A DNA stretch of 64,000 nt from Nitrospirota bacterium (GCA_040754455.1 JBFMCP010000017.1:1-64000); one strand, 5' to 3'; positions 45,610 to 56,402 are shown, counted from the stretch's first letter. The notes: generated by a model not told the origin, from the letters alone. Program-made: numbers and translations.

Positions 45610-45978
45610 TTAATTCCTTCTTCTTTCAAGTATAACCGTTGCTATAGCGTACCCGCGTTCGTGGGAAAGGGTGACGTGGCAGGCGAGCGCACTTCCGATA
45701 TATTTTTTCAGCCGGCTGTTGAAATTGATGAAGGGTTTCCCCGTCTCTTTGTTCGCCACTTCGATATCATGAAACGGCACCGCCTTGCCCAGTGCTTTGA
45801 TAAAGGCCTCTTTGGCGGCAAAACGTGCAGCGAGCGAAGGGATGGGATCTTTTCTTCTGTAGCAATAGGCAATCTCGTGGTCGGTAAATATTTTATGCAG
45901 CAGCCGGTCGCCCCAGCGCTGCACCGCATGCCGCAATCTTTCAATGTCTATGATATCGGTTCCTATGCCGTAAATCAT
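45610..45978 (-). CDS. acpS: Holo-ACP synthase
   Basis: MIYGIGTDII, ARFAAKEA, GKP and TLSHE motifs. Confidence 0.95.
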   Translation of the reverse strand: MIYGIGTDIIDIERLRHAVQRWGDRLLHKIFTDHEIAYCYRRKDPIPSLAARFAAKEAFIKALGKAVPFHDIEVANKETGKPFINFNSRLKKYIGSALACHVTLSHERGYAIATVILERRRN

Positions 45979-46001
45979 GGAGCGACCTGTTCGTGACAGT
46001 A

Positions 46002-46718
46002 TCACTTAACGCTGTTGATGAGCTCCTTCATTTCCCGCACCGCCCGCTCGATGCCGACGAGCACTGCTCTGGAGATGATGCTGTGTCCTATGTAAAGCCC
46101 TCTCAGTTCTTCAATGGCAGCGATATTTTTCACATTAAAGTAGTTCAATCCGTGCCCGGCATTGGCGAGCAGGCCCTGCCTATCCGCCATCTTGACCGCT
46201 TCGATCACCCGGTGCAGCTCATCTTCCTGTTTCTTCCCCCTCGCATTCGCATAGAGCCCTGTGTGGATCTCGACCATATCCGCTTCGACCTCTTTTGCGA
46301 TATCCACATCAATGATATGGGGATTGATGAAGAGACTCACCGGTATGTTGGCATGGTGTATCTTCTCAATGATCTCCTTGAGGTGCTCCTTCTGCCCCAC
46401 CATATCGAGCCCGCCTTCGGTGGTAAGCTCCTGCCGCTTTTCCGGAACAATGGTAATCATATCCGGCCGCACTTCGAGGGCGATATGCACCATTTCGTCC
46501 GTAGCCGCCATCTCGAGGTTCAACTCGCACTGCACCACATCGCGCAGGACCTCCAGGTCGCGGTCATGAATATGCCGCCGGTCCTCCCTGAGATGCACCG
46601 TAATGCCGTCGGCACCGCCCAGAATTGCAAGAGTTGCCGCCATCACCGGATCGGGCTCAAAGGTCTTCCTCGCCTCACGCACCGTCGCCACATGATCAAC
46701 ATTGACCCCAAGTATCAT
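46002..46718 (-). CDS. pdxJ: Pyridoxine 5'-phosphate synthase
   Basis: LGVNVDHVATVR, HLREDRRHI, TTEGGLD and NAGHGL motifs; ATG 46718 with GAGGAGG. Confidence 0.97.
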   Translation of the reverse strand: MILGVNVDHVATVREARKTFEPDPVMAATLAILGGADGITVHLREDRRHIHDRDLEVLRDVVQCELNLEMAATDEMVHIALEVRPDMITIVPEKRQELTTEGGLDMVGQKEHLKEIIEKIHHANIPVSLFINPHIIDVDIAKEVEADMVEIHTGLYANARGKKQEDELHRVIEAVKMADRQGLLANAGHGLNYFNVKNIAAIEELRGLYIGHSIISRAVLVGIERAVREMKELINSVK

Positions 46719-46730
46719 ACCGACCTCCTC

Positions 46731-46945
46731 GTAGGCAAAAGTATAGAATAATAATCCCAAGTATTCCTTTATTGCAATGGCCGCGTGATCGAGACGGCGG
46801 GGAAGATAGTCTTCCCACCCATATGTTTTACCGGGCCAGATCCTGCAATTCGCAGGAACCGGTGCGGCCCTCACGCCTGCTTTGCCAAAGCTCAGCACCG
46901 GGCGTTTCATATGATATAAGGGAGTGATTATTTTCTTGAAGAGAA
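46731..46945 (-). pseudogene. Degenerate C-terminal remnant of a YdcF/DUF218 (ElyC-like) gene
   Basis: Reads KKIITPLYHMKRPVLSFGKAG...PVPA...DYLP...IAIKEYLGLLFY, resembling VTSAxHMxR...P.P...EYLG of DUF218. Confidence 0.65.
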
Positions 46946-46952
46946 AAAGCCA

Positions 46953-48650
46953 TCAATCCGTATCCGAAAACTTGGCGAGCGTCCCTCTCCTAGCGCCATA
47001 GCGAAAGATGGTGATCCCCTTCGCTCCCTTATCGTACGCCAGGAGATAGGCCCGCGCCACATCCTCCTTTTTCGCCTTATGGGGCATATTGATGGTCTTC
47101 GAGACTGCGTTATCGGTATACTCCTGAAAGGCCACCTGCATTTCGATGTGGTCTTCATAGTGAATCTCCAGAGCGGTCTTGAAGAGCTTTTTGATATCGG
47201 CAGGCACCTCGTTTATTCCCGCAAGGGTTCCCTTCGCTTTCACTTTATCCAGCAGCTCATCCGAATAAAATCCGCGCTCTTTGGCAAAGGCGACGAAATA
47301 TTTATTCACCTCATGCAGCTCGGTATCGAGGACGAACCGCCGGTAGGCGAGCGAGAAATAAGGCTCGATACCGCTCGAACAATCGGCAATGGTCGAGATC
47401 GTCCCGGTGGGCGCAACCGTCGTCGTTGTAGCGTTCCTGAGCTTCGGCATGCCCGGTGCATCGTAGATCGAGCCTTTGAAATTGGGGAAGACGCCGCGCC
47501 GTTCCGCGAGCTCAGCCGAGGCTTCGCGCGCTTTGTCCCTGACGAATTTCATGACCTGTCGTGCCAGCGCGAACGCCTTCTTATGATTGTAGGGAATGCC
47601 CAGGAGGACGAGCATATCGGCCCATCCCATAACGCCGAGACCGATCTTCCGGTTGCCCTTATGCATCCGCTCGATATCGGGCAGCGGATAACGATTTGCG
47701 TCGATAGTGTTGTCGAGAAACCGTACTGCGGTCTTTATGTCGCTGCCGAAAGCGTCGTAATCGATCCGCCCTTCCCCCACGTACTTGGAGAGGTTCATTG
47801 ACCCCAAAACGCATGCCTCATACGGCAGGAGCGGCTGCTCGCCGCAGGGATTGGTGCTCTCGAACTGCCCGATGTGAGGCGTCGGGTTCGCCCTGTTGAT
47901 TCTGTCGATGAAGACCAGGCCGGGATCGCCTGTTTCCCACGCGCTCTGCACAATCTCATCAAAGACCTCGCGGGCCTTGAGTTTTCCGACCACCACACCC
48001 GAACGCGGGTTGATCAGGTCATATTCACCGTCCCTTTTAAGGGCGTCCATGAACGCATCGGTCACCGAGACGGAGATATTGAAATTCGTCAGCTCCCTGC
48101 TGTCCCTCTTGATCTTGATGAACTCCATGATATCGGGGTGGTCGATCCTCAGGATGCCCATGTTGGCGCCGCGCCGCGCACCGCCCTGCTTGATCACATC
48201 GGTGGCGGTGTTGTAGATTTTTATGAACGAGACCGGGCCGCTCGCAATGCCGCCTGTAGAGCGCACGATATCCGCCCGGGGCCGCAGGTGCGAAAAAGAA
48301 AAGCCCGTACCCCCGCCGCTCTGCAGGATCATTGCCGCGTTCTTCAGCGTATCGAAAATGCTCACCATCGAATCTTCGACCGGCAGAACAAAGCAGGCGG
48401 CAAGCTGTCCCGCAGGCTTCCCCGCATTCATGAGCGTGGGTGAATTGGGCAGGAACCTGAAGGAGGTCATCAGACGATAAAATTGCTGTTCCCAATACAG
48501 CACATCATCCTGATAGAGCGCTTCGGCGCCAGCAATAGTGTGCGCAACGCGCCCGAACAGCGCCTCAGGGGTTTCAATGACCTTTCCCTGCTCATCTTTG
48601 AGGAGATAACGGGCGGTCAGAACTTTCAGTGCATTTTCTGAGAGTTCCAT
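46953..48650 (-). CDS. nrdJ: Class II (adenosylcobalamin-dependent) ribonucleotide reductase, short form
   Basis: [39 protein letters not shown] and KGITIFR motifs. Confidence 0.93.
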   Translation of the reverse strand: MELSENALKVLTARYLLKDEQGKVIETPEALFGRVAHTIAGAEALYQDDVLYWEQQFYRLMTSFRFLPNSPTLMNAGKPAGQLAACFVLPVEDSMVSIFDTLKNAAMILQSGGGTGFSFSHLRPRADIVRSTGGIASGPVSFIKIYNTATDVIKQGGARRGANMGILRIDHPDIMEFIKIKRDSRELTNFNISVSVTDAFMDALKRDGEYDLINPRSGVVVGKLKAREVFDEIVQSAWETGDPGLVFIDRINRANPTPHIGQFESTNPCGEQPLLPYEACVLGSMNLSKYVGEGRIDYDAFGSDIKTAVRFLDNTIDANRYPLPDIERMHKGNRKIGLGVMGWADMLVLLGIPYNHKKAFALARQVMKFVRDKAREASAELAERRGVFPNFKGSIYDAPGMPKLRNATTTTVAPTGTISTIADCSSGIEPYFSLAYRRFVLDTELHEVNKYFVAFAKERGFYSDELLDKVKAKGTLAGINEVPADIKKLFKTALEIHYEDHIEMQVAFQEYTDNAVSKTINMPHKAKKEDVARAYLLAYDKGAKGITIFRYGARRGTLAKFSDTD

Positions 48651-48674
48651 AGGTGAATTATACTATACTATCCG

Positions 48675-49223
48675 ATGGATTTCATGAAGCTCATCGAGCG
48701 GTATTACACGCCCGGCACAAAGGCGCACCACTTTCTCGTCCATCACAGCAGGCTCGTTGCACAAAAGGCATTACAGGTCGCCGGGCGTATCGCTAATCTG
48801 AAGCCCGATCTGCAGTTTATCGAAGAAGCGGCACTGCTCCACGATATCGGCATATTCATGACCGCTGCACCGGAGATCGGCTGCTTCGGAGAGCACCCCT
48901 ACATTGCACACGGCGTCCTGGGGAGGGAACTGCTCGATCGTGAGGGACTGCCGCTCCATGCCCTCGTCTGCGAGCGGCATGTCGGCGCCGGTCTGACCCT
49001 GTCCGAGATCGAAGAGAACAACCTTCCCCTTCCCCGACGCGACATGCTGCCCCTTACTCTCGAAGAAAAGATCATCTGCTTTGCCGACAAGTTTTATTCA
49101 AAGCATGAAGAGCGGCTTACCAGGGAAAAGCCCGTCGAAGAAGTGCGCGCCATGCTCGCGCGTTATGGGACGGGACAAGCGAAGCGGTTTGAGGAGTGGC
49201 TGGAGCTTTTTAAAGAAACATAG
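48675..49223 (+). CDS. HD-domain phosphohydrolase (HDIG)
   Basis: HHS, LLHDIG, CERH and ADKFYSK motifs. Confidence 0.88.
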   Translation: MDFMKLIERYYTPGTKAHHFLVHHSRLVAQKALQVAGRIANLKPDLQFIEEAALLHDIGIFMTAAPEIGCFGEHPYIAHGVLGRELLDREGLPLHALVCERHVGAGLTLSEIEENNLPLPRRDMLPLTLEEKIICFADKFYSKHEERLTREKPVEEVRAMLARYGTGQAKRFEEWLELFKET

Positions 49224-49266
49224 ACGGAAATAGCACAAGTATACCATTGATGGAATTCGGCCACGA

Positions 49267-52200
49267 ATGCTGTTAGACTTAAGTATAGGCGTATTCTTTA
49301 ACTCTGAGCTCCACCAAACGGTTTCACCCTCATGGTCCGGTGAAAAGGACGACAGCGGAGAGTTCATCTCTTCGGGAGACAGCACCGTGTGCGCAGAACT
49401 ATACGATCCGAAAAAGATTAAGGTGGGTGACCTCGACTTTGCAACATTGTTCGAGCCCCGGATCGAAGAGGGCCGCATCTTTTTCAATAGAAGAAGAGCC
49501 GTCATCATGGACGTTGCAGCGCTGGGAGCTCTACGGCAGCAATTGATCGATATGCTGGGAGAGGAGCTGGCGATGGGGGCCCTCTCCCGATTCGGCTATG
49601 CCCACGGCTGCAGTGATGCGATGATGCTGGGCGAAAGCTTTTCCTGGGAGACCGAAACCGATTGGCTTGCAGCCGGACCGTCTCTCCACACCCTCGAAGG
49701 CATCGTCCATGTTACCCCGCAGAAAATAGAGTTCGACCGCGCTTCCGGCCATTTCCATATGTACGGCGTTTGGCTCAATTCGTACGAGGCCGAGGTCCAC
49801 CTCACACTCCGCGGTAAGAGTGATCACCCGGTCTGCTGGACGCTTACCGGGTACGCGTCCGGGTACGCGAGCAGTTTCTTCGGGCGCGAGCTGTTGGCGA
49901 TCGAGACCGAATGTGCCGGCAAAGGAGATCCGCACTGCCGATGGGAAATCCGTCCTGTTGCCGGGTGGGGCCCTGAGGCCGAGCCGTATCTGAAGACCCT
50001 CAAGGCGGTGGATGTGCTGAACCAGCTCCAGCAGGCTCAACTGGTAGGTGCGCGCTTCCGCGATATGGCACTCAGCAGCGCTGATTGGGTCTGGGAGACG
50101 GATGCTGCAGGCCAGTACACCTATTGCTCCGGAGAGGTGAGGAGTGTTCTCGGATACGATCCCGGACAATTGATAGGCAAAAGCCTCTTTGATTTCATGC
50201 CGTCTGACGAGGCAGCCCGCGTCAAGCGCATCTTCGATGCGAGCGTCGTGAACAAGAAGCCGATCGTCGATCTGGAGCAACGCGTCCTTGCACAAGACAG
50301 ACGGGAAGTTGTGCTGCTGATCAACGGCCTTCCCGTGATCGACCGTGAGAATCGTACGACGGCTCTGCGTGGAATAGCAAAAGATATCACCCAGCGCAAA
50401 CAGATTGAGCAGTCTCTGCAGGAGAGCCGGAGACGGGCAGCCTTCCTTGCAGACCTACTCGAACGCTCCTCCCAGCCTTTTGCCGTCGGGTATGCAGACG
50501 GGAGACTGGAACTGGTCAATGCCGCCTTCTCACAGCTCACCGGATACGGCAAGGAGGAATTGATGACCATCGACTGGGCCCGGACGCTTACTCCTCCGGA
50601 ATGGAGGGCTATCGAGCAGGAGAAGCTGGAGGAATTGACCCGTACCGGGCAGCCGGTACGCTACGAGAAAGAGTATATCCGGAAGGACGGCTCCCGCGTG
50701 CCGGTAGAGCTTTTTACACACCTCATCAGGGATGAGCGGGGTCAAACACGACATTACTATTCTTTTGTCACGGATATTACTGAACGCAAGAGGGCCGAAA
50801 ATTCCCTTAAAGAGAGCGAGGAGCGGCTGCGGCTCTTCATCGAGCACGCTCCGGCAGCCCTGGCCATGTTCGATCGAGAAATGCGCTATTTGAGCGCAAG
50901 CCGCCGCTGGATGAGCGACTACGGCCTCGACGATCGCGACCTGCGCGGGCTGTCACACTACGACGTCTTCCCTGAGATACCCGAGCGCTGGAAGGCGGTC
51001 CACCGTCGAGCACTCGCAGGCGAGGTAATACGGTCCGATGCAGACCGCTTCGAGCGGGCCGACGGCTCGGTGCAGTGGCTCCGGTGGGAAGTGCGGCCGT
51101 GGTATCACGCGACGGGCGATGTGGGGGGGATTGTGATCTTCAGCGAGGACATCACCGAGAGGAAGCTTGCAGAGGAGACATCACGGGAAAAAGAGTTCCT
51201 GCTCTCCGAATCCCAGCGGATAGCCAACATCGGCAGCTGGAGCTACGATGTGGTGACAGGGCATGCACAATGGACACCCGAGACGTACCGCATCTTTGGC
51301 GTTTCCCCCGACACCTTTGCCCTCTCGCTCGAATCATTGCTCAGCCTGATCCATCCCGAAGACAAAACAGCCATGCAGGAATGGATTCGCGCCGCCTTGT
51401 CGGGCGAAGGGCCGGGAGATCTTGAGTTTCGCATTATCCGGCCTGACGGGAGTATCCGTTTTCTCAGCGGCAGAGGCGGTATGCACTACGACGTCGAGAA
51501 CAGGCCGGTCCGCCTGATGGGTACCGTGCAGGACATCACCGAGCGCAAAAAAGCGGAAGAGACCATCAGGTATCAGGCGTATCATGACCTGTTGACCGGC
51601 CTGCCCAATAGGGCACAGCTTATGCTGGCATTGCGCCACGAGACAGCAGAGGCAGAGCATCACCGCAAACTGTTCGCCGTGCTCCACCTGGATATCGACC
51701 GGTTCAGGGCGATCAACGAATCCCTGGGCCACGCCGTCGGCGATAAGGTCATTCTTGCCGTCAGCGAGCGATTGCAGTCGCTTGTTCGGAAGAACGACAC
51801 GCTTGCACGCGTCGGGAGCGATGAATTCATCATCCTGCTTGCATCCCTTGACCGCGCTGAAGATGCTGCACTCATTACACAGACCATTGTCACAGCTATG
51901 AGGAGGCCTTTCAGGATTGACGAGCGGGAACTCTATGCAACGGCGAGTATCGGCATCAGCATGTATCCGGAAGACGGCAGGGATACCGATATGCTGCTCA
52001 AAAACGCCGACATTGCCGTCTCGCATGCAAAGGAGCTCGGGAGAAATACCTATCAGTTTTTCAACCCTGCCCTCAACAGAAGGACGGTCGAACGGTTGCT
52101 CCTCGAAAACAACCTGCGCCAGACTGTTGAACACAATGAATTGGTCCCCTACTACCAGCCGCAGGTGAATATCAGAACAGGCGAGATCATTGCAATCGAG

Positions 52201-52860
52201 GCGCTGGTGAGGTGGCGACACAGCGCCCTCGGCATCATCGGACCCGCTGAGTTCATTCCGGTGGCTGAGGAAATCGGTTTTATTTCTTTCATAGATGAAT
52301 GGATGTTGAGAACGGCCTGTGCCCAGACCAGGGCCTGGCAGAAGGCCGGGCTCCCCCCGTTCAGGGTGACGGTGAATCTTTCCACGCAACAATTTCAGAA
52401 ACCGACCCTCGTCCACATGATAAAAGACATCCTCAACGAAACCGGGCTGGAAGCACGGTATCTGGAGATCGAGATTACCGAGAGCACGGCCATGCGCGAC
52501 ATCGACCTTGCGGTTCCGAACCTTAAAGGTCTTCACGAAATCGGCGTTGCGCTCTCCATCGACGATTTCGGCACCGGCTATTCGTCGCTGAGTTACCTCA
52601 AGAGATTCCCGCTCTACAAGCTCAAGATAGACCAGTCATTCATACGGGATGTACCGAAAGATCCGGATGACCAGGCGATTGTCAGAGCAGTGATTGCCAT
52701 GGGGCATAATCTCCAGTTGCGGGTCATTGCCGAAGGGGTGGAGACCGAGGACCAGTTGTCGTTTCTTAAAGCGAACCGTTGCGACGAAATACAGGGCTAT
52801 TTGTTCAGCGAGCCGCTGCCCCCCGAAAAACTCGAGGAATTCATCGAATCACGCACGTGA
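49267..52860 (+). CDS. XylR_N/V4R - 4xPAS - GGDEF(GSDEF) - EAL signalling protein
   Basis: EEGRIFF..RR, RFGYAHG, AGPSLH, CWTLTGYASGY and ETECAGKGDPHC motifs; four PAS/PAC units ending DITxRK; EALVRW and DDFGTGYSS. The start is uncertain and may be near 49417. Confidence 0.9.
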   Translation: MLLDLSIGVFFNSELHQTVSPSWSGEKDDSGEFISSGDSTVCAELYDPKKIKVGDLDFATLFEPRIEEGRIFFNRRRAVIMDVAALGALRQQLIDMLGEELAMGALSRFGYAHGCSDAMMLGESFSWETETDWLAAGPSLHTLEGIVHVTPQKIEFDRASGHFHMYGVWLNSYEAEVHLTLRGKSDHPVCWTLTGYASGYASSFFGRELLAIETECAGKGDPHCRWEIRPVAGWGPEAEPYLKTLKAVDVLNQLQQAQLVGARFRDMALSSADWVWETDAAGQYTYCSGEVRSVLGYDPGQLIGKSLFDFMPSDEAARVKRIFDASVVNKKPIVDLEQRVLAQDRREVVLLINGLPVIDRENRTTALRGIAKDITQRKQIEQSLQESRRRAAFLADLLERSSQPFAVGYADGRLELVNAAFSQLTGYGKEELMTIDWARTLTPPEWRAIEQEKLEELTRTGQPVRYEKEYIRKDGSRVPVELFTHLIRDERGQTRHYYSFVTDITERKRAENSLKESEERLRLFIEHAPAALAMFDREMRYLSASRRWMSDYGLDDRDLRGLSHYDVFPEIPERWKAVHRRALAGEVIRSDADRFERADGSVQWLRWEVRPWYHATGDVGGIVIFSEDITERKLAEETSREKEFLLSESQRIANIGSWSYDVVTGHAQWTPETYRIFGVSPDTFALSLESLLSLIHPEDKTAMQEWIRAALSGEGPGDLEFRIIRPDGSIRFLSGRGGMHYDVENRPVRLMGTVQDITERKKAEETIRYQAYHDLLTGLPNRAQLMLALRHETAEAEHHRKLFAVLHLDIDRFRAINESLGHAVGDKVILAVSERLQSLVRKNDTLARVGSDEFIILLASLDRAEDAALITQTIVTAMRRPFRIDERELYATASIGISMYPEDGRDTDMLLKNADIAVSHAKELGRNTYQFFNPALNRRTVERLLLENNLRQTVEHNELVPYYQPQVNIRTGEIIAIEALVRWRHSALGIIGPAEFIPVAEEIGFISFIDEWMLRTACAQTRAWQKAGLPPFRVTVNLSTQQFQKPTLVHMIKDILNETGLEARYLEIEITESTAMRDIDLAVPNLKGLHEIGVALSIDDFGTGYSSLSYLKRFPLYKLKIDQSFIRDVPKDPDDQAIVRAVIAMGHNLQLRVIAEGVETEDQLSFLKANRCDEIQGYLFSEPLPPEKLEEFIESRT

Positions 52861-52973
52861 GAAAGCAGAGCCTGTTGAAATCATCACACTCCCGATATAC
52901 GATAAGGACATGCCGTAATTGTTTCCGCATAAGGAGGAGAAACAGCGACTACGTTGAGTTGCACCCTGACGAA

Positions 52974-53993
52974 TCAGACCCTTCCCGCCACAGGGGGTGC
53001 CGGTTCCACCACTGTGCCGAGCAGCAGCTCCCGGATATGCTGTGCGTTCTTCTTTGATTCTTCGGCCTCTTTCTCCCACTCGGTGTATGACCTGAGGCGG
53101 CCTCGTCGACGACTGTCGTCGGCCAGGCGTTTGAGCATGTTCGCCCGTTCCTCAAGGGTGCGTACTGCGGCCCAGAGGGCACGCTCCAGGGATTCGTTCT
53201 GCGAGGCGAGCAGGGTGCGTATGGTAAAGGCGTGGCCGGTATTGCAGCGATAGCGTTGAATAGGGTCGTTCTTCACTTCCCAGAGCCCGCCGCCGCAATC
53301 GGGGCAGACAAAGGGCGCCTTGTCGCCCATCTGCTCTATGATGCTGATATCGCTCAAAGCGCTTTCGGCAATCTGCGTTTCTTTGAAAACGTCATCGGGA
53401 ATATGCATGTTTGTTTCCGTTCTCAACGGTTCTCTGACGATTCGATTGAGCAAGGGGCCCATTTGGACGGCGGGCAGTACGTAGTCAACCTTGACATTCT
53501 CTATCGCATTCCTCGGCATGTCGGGATATGAGGCATCGGCGGGGTCCTGTACGCAGGTGATGCCGCCGCACCGCTTTACCGTATAGAGTCCTGCGGTGCC
53601 GTCATCGAGCATGCCCGAAAGGACGACGCCGATCATATGTGAATCGTGAGAGGCTGCTGCCGAACGGAAGAGCGGGTCGATGGCGGGTCTGGCAAGGTTT
53701 TCGCGGGGCCCCCGCGTGAGCAGCACATGGCCGTCCTTAACGATCAGATGGAAGTCGGCCGGTGCGATATAGACAGTGCCGTTGCGGAACTGCTCCCCGT
53801 TTTCAGCATATTTCGCTTTAAGGCTGCCTGCGCGGCTGAAGATTTGGTCGAGAACCCCGTGCGACCCCGGCCCGACATGCAGCACGACAAAGAGGGGCGC
53901 CGGTATGTCCGGCGGAAGCGTGCTGATTATCTTTGAGACAGCCTCGATCCCTCCTGCGGAAGCACCAAGGGCTATAATCCTTTGTGGTACCAT
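52974..53993 (-). CDS. cheB: CheB-type methylesterase without receiver domain, with C-terminal Cys/His motif and coiled coil
   Basis: GASAGG, VLH, RPAIDPLF and SGMLDDG motifs; CPDCGG...RYRCNTGH; ATG 53993 with AGGAGG. Confidence 0.88.
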   Translation of the reverse strand: MVPQRIIALGASAGGIEAVSKIISTLPPDIPAPLFVVLHVGPGSHGVLDQIFSRAGSLKAKYAENGEQFRNGTVYIAPADFHLIVKDGHVLLTRGPRENLARPAIDPLFRSAAASHDSHMIGVVLSGMLDDGTAGLYTVKRCGGITCVQDPADASYPDMPRNAIENVKVDYVLPAVQMGPLLNRIVREPLRTETNMHIPDDVFKETQIAESALSDISIIEQMGDKAPFVCPDCGGGLWEVKNDPIQRYRCNTGHAFTIRTLLASQNESLERALWAAVRTLEERANMLKRLADDSRRRGRLRSYTEWEKEAEESKKNAQHIRELLLGTVVEPAPPVAGRV

Positions 53994-54131
53994 AGTATTC
54001 CTCCTATGGTTGGGGCTCTCAATTAAAGTATAGGGCAAAAACAAGAAAAAGGATAGTTTCGTATCCACGTTCCACGTTAACGGCAAAGAAAAAGGCTGTT
54101 ATATTCTTCTTTTGAACTCGGGACTTGAAAC

Positions 54132-56378
54132 CTACTTGTAGAGCTCGATTACTTTCTCCAATTCTTCCACGGGGAGCGGTTCGGAGATGAGAAAGCCCTG
54201 CATCTCGTCGCAGTCGACGGACTGCAGGAAGGCGAGCTGCTCTTCGGTCTCGACGCCTTCGGCGATCACGTTCATTTTCATGCTGTGCGCCATAGCGACA
54301 ATGGCGGTGATGATGGCCTTGTCATCGGGGCTGGAGGCGATGTCTCTGATAAAGGATTTGTCGATCTTGAGCGACTGCAGCGGCAGGCGTTTGAGGTAGC
54401 TCAGCGATGAATAGCCGGTGCCAAAGTCATCGATGGAGCACTTGACGCCCATACGGGCGAGCCTTGTGAGGTTGGAAAAGGTAATGTCCATATTCTTCAT
54501 GGCAGTGCTTTCGGTGACTTCGAGGAGGAGATAGCGGGGTTCAAGCCCGGTATCATGCAGCGCATGTTCGACCATTTCGACCAGGTTGGATTGCTGGAAC
54601 TGACGGGCCGAGAGGTTGACGGTGACGCAGAGCGAAGGGTGGCCTGCCTCCTGCAGCCGTTTGTTCTGCTCGCAGGCAGTGCGCAGGACCCACTCGTCCA
54701 GGGACACAATGAACCCCGTCTCTTCCGCAAGGGGGAGGAACTGCATCGGGTTGAGCAGTCCCAGCTCAGGATGTCGCCAGCGCACCAGCGCCTCGGTGCA
54801 GATGATCTGCCTTGTCCGGATATCGATCTGCGGCTGGTAATAGACGACCAGCTCTCCGCGCTGGAGCGTCTGGCGGAGGCTGTTTTCGAGAATCATACGT
54901 TCAAGGGTCCTGACATTCATAGCGGAGTCATAGAAGGCATAGTTGTTCCTGCCGAATTCCTTGATGTGATAGAGGGCGATATCGGCGTTCTTGAGCAGCG
55001 TCTCCATATGCTCGCCGTCATTGGGATAGAGACTGATGCCGATGCTCATCGTCACATGGAGCTCATGGTCGTTGACGGCGAACGGTTTTTTGAACTGCTC
55101 CATAATTTTCTGAGCGATCTTCGCGGCATCCTCGGCATGTGAGATCGAAGGGAGCAGGATCGTGAATTCATCGCCGCCGATGCGGGCGACAATATCGGAC
55201 TCGCGCACACAGCGCCTGAGCATCTCCGCCACGGCCTGCAGCAGCTTGTCGCCGAAGGTGTGTCCCATGGTATCGTTGATGACCTTGAAACGGTCGAGGT
55301 CGAGAAACATCACTGCCAATATCTTTTTGTTCCGGTGCGCCTGATTCAGGGCACTGATGAGGAGATCCGTAAAGAGCATCCGGTTCGGCAGGCCGGTGAG
55401 TGCGTCATGGTACGCCTGGTGTCTGATCGTCTCTTCCATTCTTATGTGCTCGGTGATGTCCGATATCATGGCGACGATGAAGTCGGGCCTTCCGCGCTCG
55501 TCATAGACGAACGAAACAATCAGATCGCCCCAGATCGTCGAACCGTCTTTCCTCAGATAGCGTTTCTGCATGCGGAAGCCCCCGCGCCGCTCTTCGAGGG
55601 TGCGTTTGAAAAGGAGCGCGTTTTCGGGTTCATCGTCGGGGTGGGTGACCACAGCGGCATGCCTGCCGATGAGCTCTTCTTTCGCATAGCCGAGCATTTT
55701 GTGGAACATCGGGTTGCAATCCACGATCCGGCGCTCGGTATCGGCGATGACGATGCCGACCGCGACATTGTCGAAGATGGAGCGGAAGCGCTTCTCGCTC
55801 CGTTGCAGCGCCAGCTCGGCATGTTTCTTCTCGCTGATGTCGATGACCGCCGTCCTTATGTGGTGTGCGGCTCTCTCGCCGTCTTCAGCGATAATGCTCT
55901 CGAACCGGGCGTAAAAATCGGCAGCGCCATACTTTTTGAGCCTTGCCTCACAGGTCTGCCGGCTCTGCCGGATGAGGGTATCTTCGAGGTGTTTGAAAAA
56001 AATCCTGTGATCATGCCTGTCGATGAAATCGAAGATCCTCTTTCCCGTCAGCGTACGCTTGGGCCTGTTCAGCATAATGCCGATCGTATGGTTGGCTTCA
56101 AGAATGTAGCCGTCACGGTCGAGGCTGAGATAGCCGATGGGAGCGAAATCGTAGAGGTCGCTGTATTTGCGGCGTGATTCCTCCAGCTCGTGCTGCGCCC
56201 TGCGCAGCTCCTCGTTCTGTATCTCAAGCTCGATCTGGTGCGTGCCGAGTTCGTGGACGAGGCGGTCCATGTCTTCCTTCGAGAGCTCGTGCAAACGGGC
56301 GTCCTGCTGCTCGAGCCTCTTTTCGGCCTGCTGCCGTAAGTCGTCCATCTCTGTCTCTTCCGGCTTTCGTTTTCGCAT
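54132..56378 (-). CDS. PAS-PAS-GGDEF-EAL protein
   Basis: HELGTHQIELEIQNEEL coiled coil; RIGGDEF, EALVRW and DDFGTGYSS motifs. Confidence 0.94.
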   Translation of the reverse strand: MRKRKPEETEMDDLRQQAEKRLEQQDARLHELSKEDMDRLVHELGTHQIELEIQNEELRRAQHELEESRRKYSDLYDFAPIGYLSLDRDGYILEANHTIGIMLNRPKRTLTGKRIFDFIDRHDHRIFFKHLEDTLIRQSRQTCEARLKKYGAADFYARFESIIAEDGERAAHHIRTAVIDISEKKHAELALQRSEKRFRSIFDNVAVGIVIADTERRIVDCNPMFHKMLGYAKEELIGRHAAVVTHPDDEPENALLFKRTLEERRGGFRMQKRYLRKDGSTIWGDLIVSFVYDERGRPDFIVAMISDITEHIRMEETIRHQAYHDALTGLPNRMLFTDLLISALNQAHRNKKILAVMFLDLDRFKVINDTMGHTFGDKLLQAVAEMLRRCVRESDIVARIGGDEFTILLPSISHAEDAAKIAQKIMEQFKKPFAVNDHELHVTMSIGISLYPNDGEHMETLLKNADIALYHIKEFGRNNYAFYDSAMNVRTLERMILENSLRQTLQRGELVVYYQPQIDIRTRQIICTEALVRWRHPELGLLNPMQFLPLAEETGFIVSLDEWVLRTACEQNKRLQEAGHPSLCVTVNLSARQFQQSNLVEMVEHALHDTGLEPRYLLLEVTESTAMKNMDITFSNLTRLARMGVKCSIDDFGTGYSSLSYLKRLPLQSLKIDKSFIRDIASSPDDKAIITAIVAMAHSMKMNVIAEGVETEEQLAFLQSVDCDEMQGFLISEPLPVEELEKVIELYK

Positions 56379-56402
56379 AGCTTAAATAACCACAGAGTCA
56401 CC

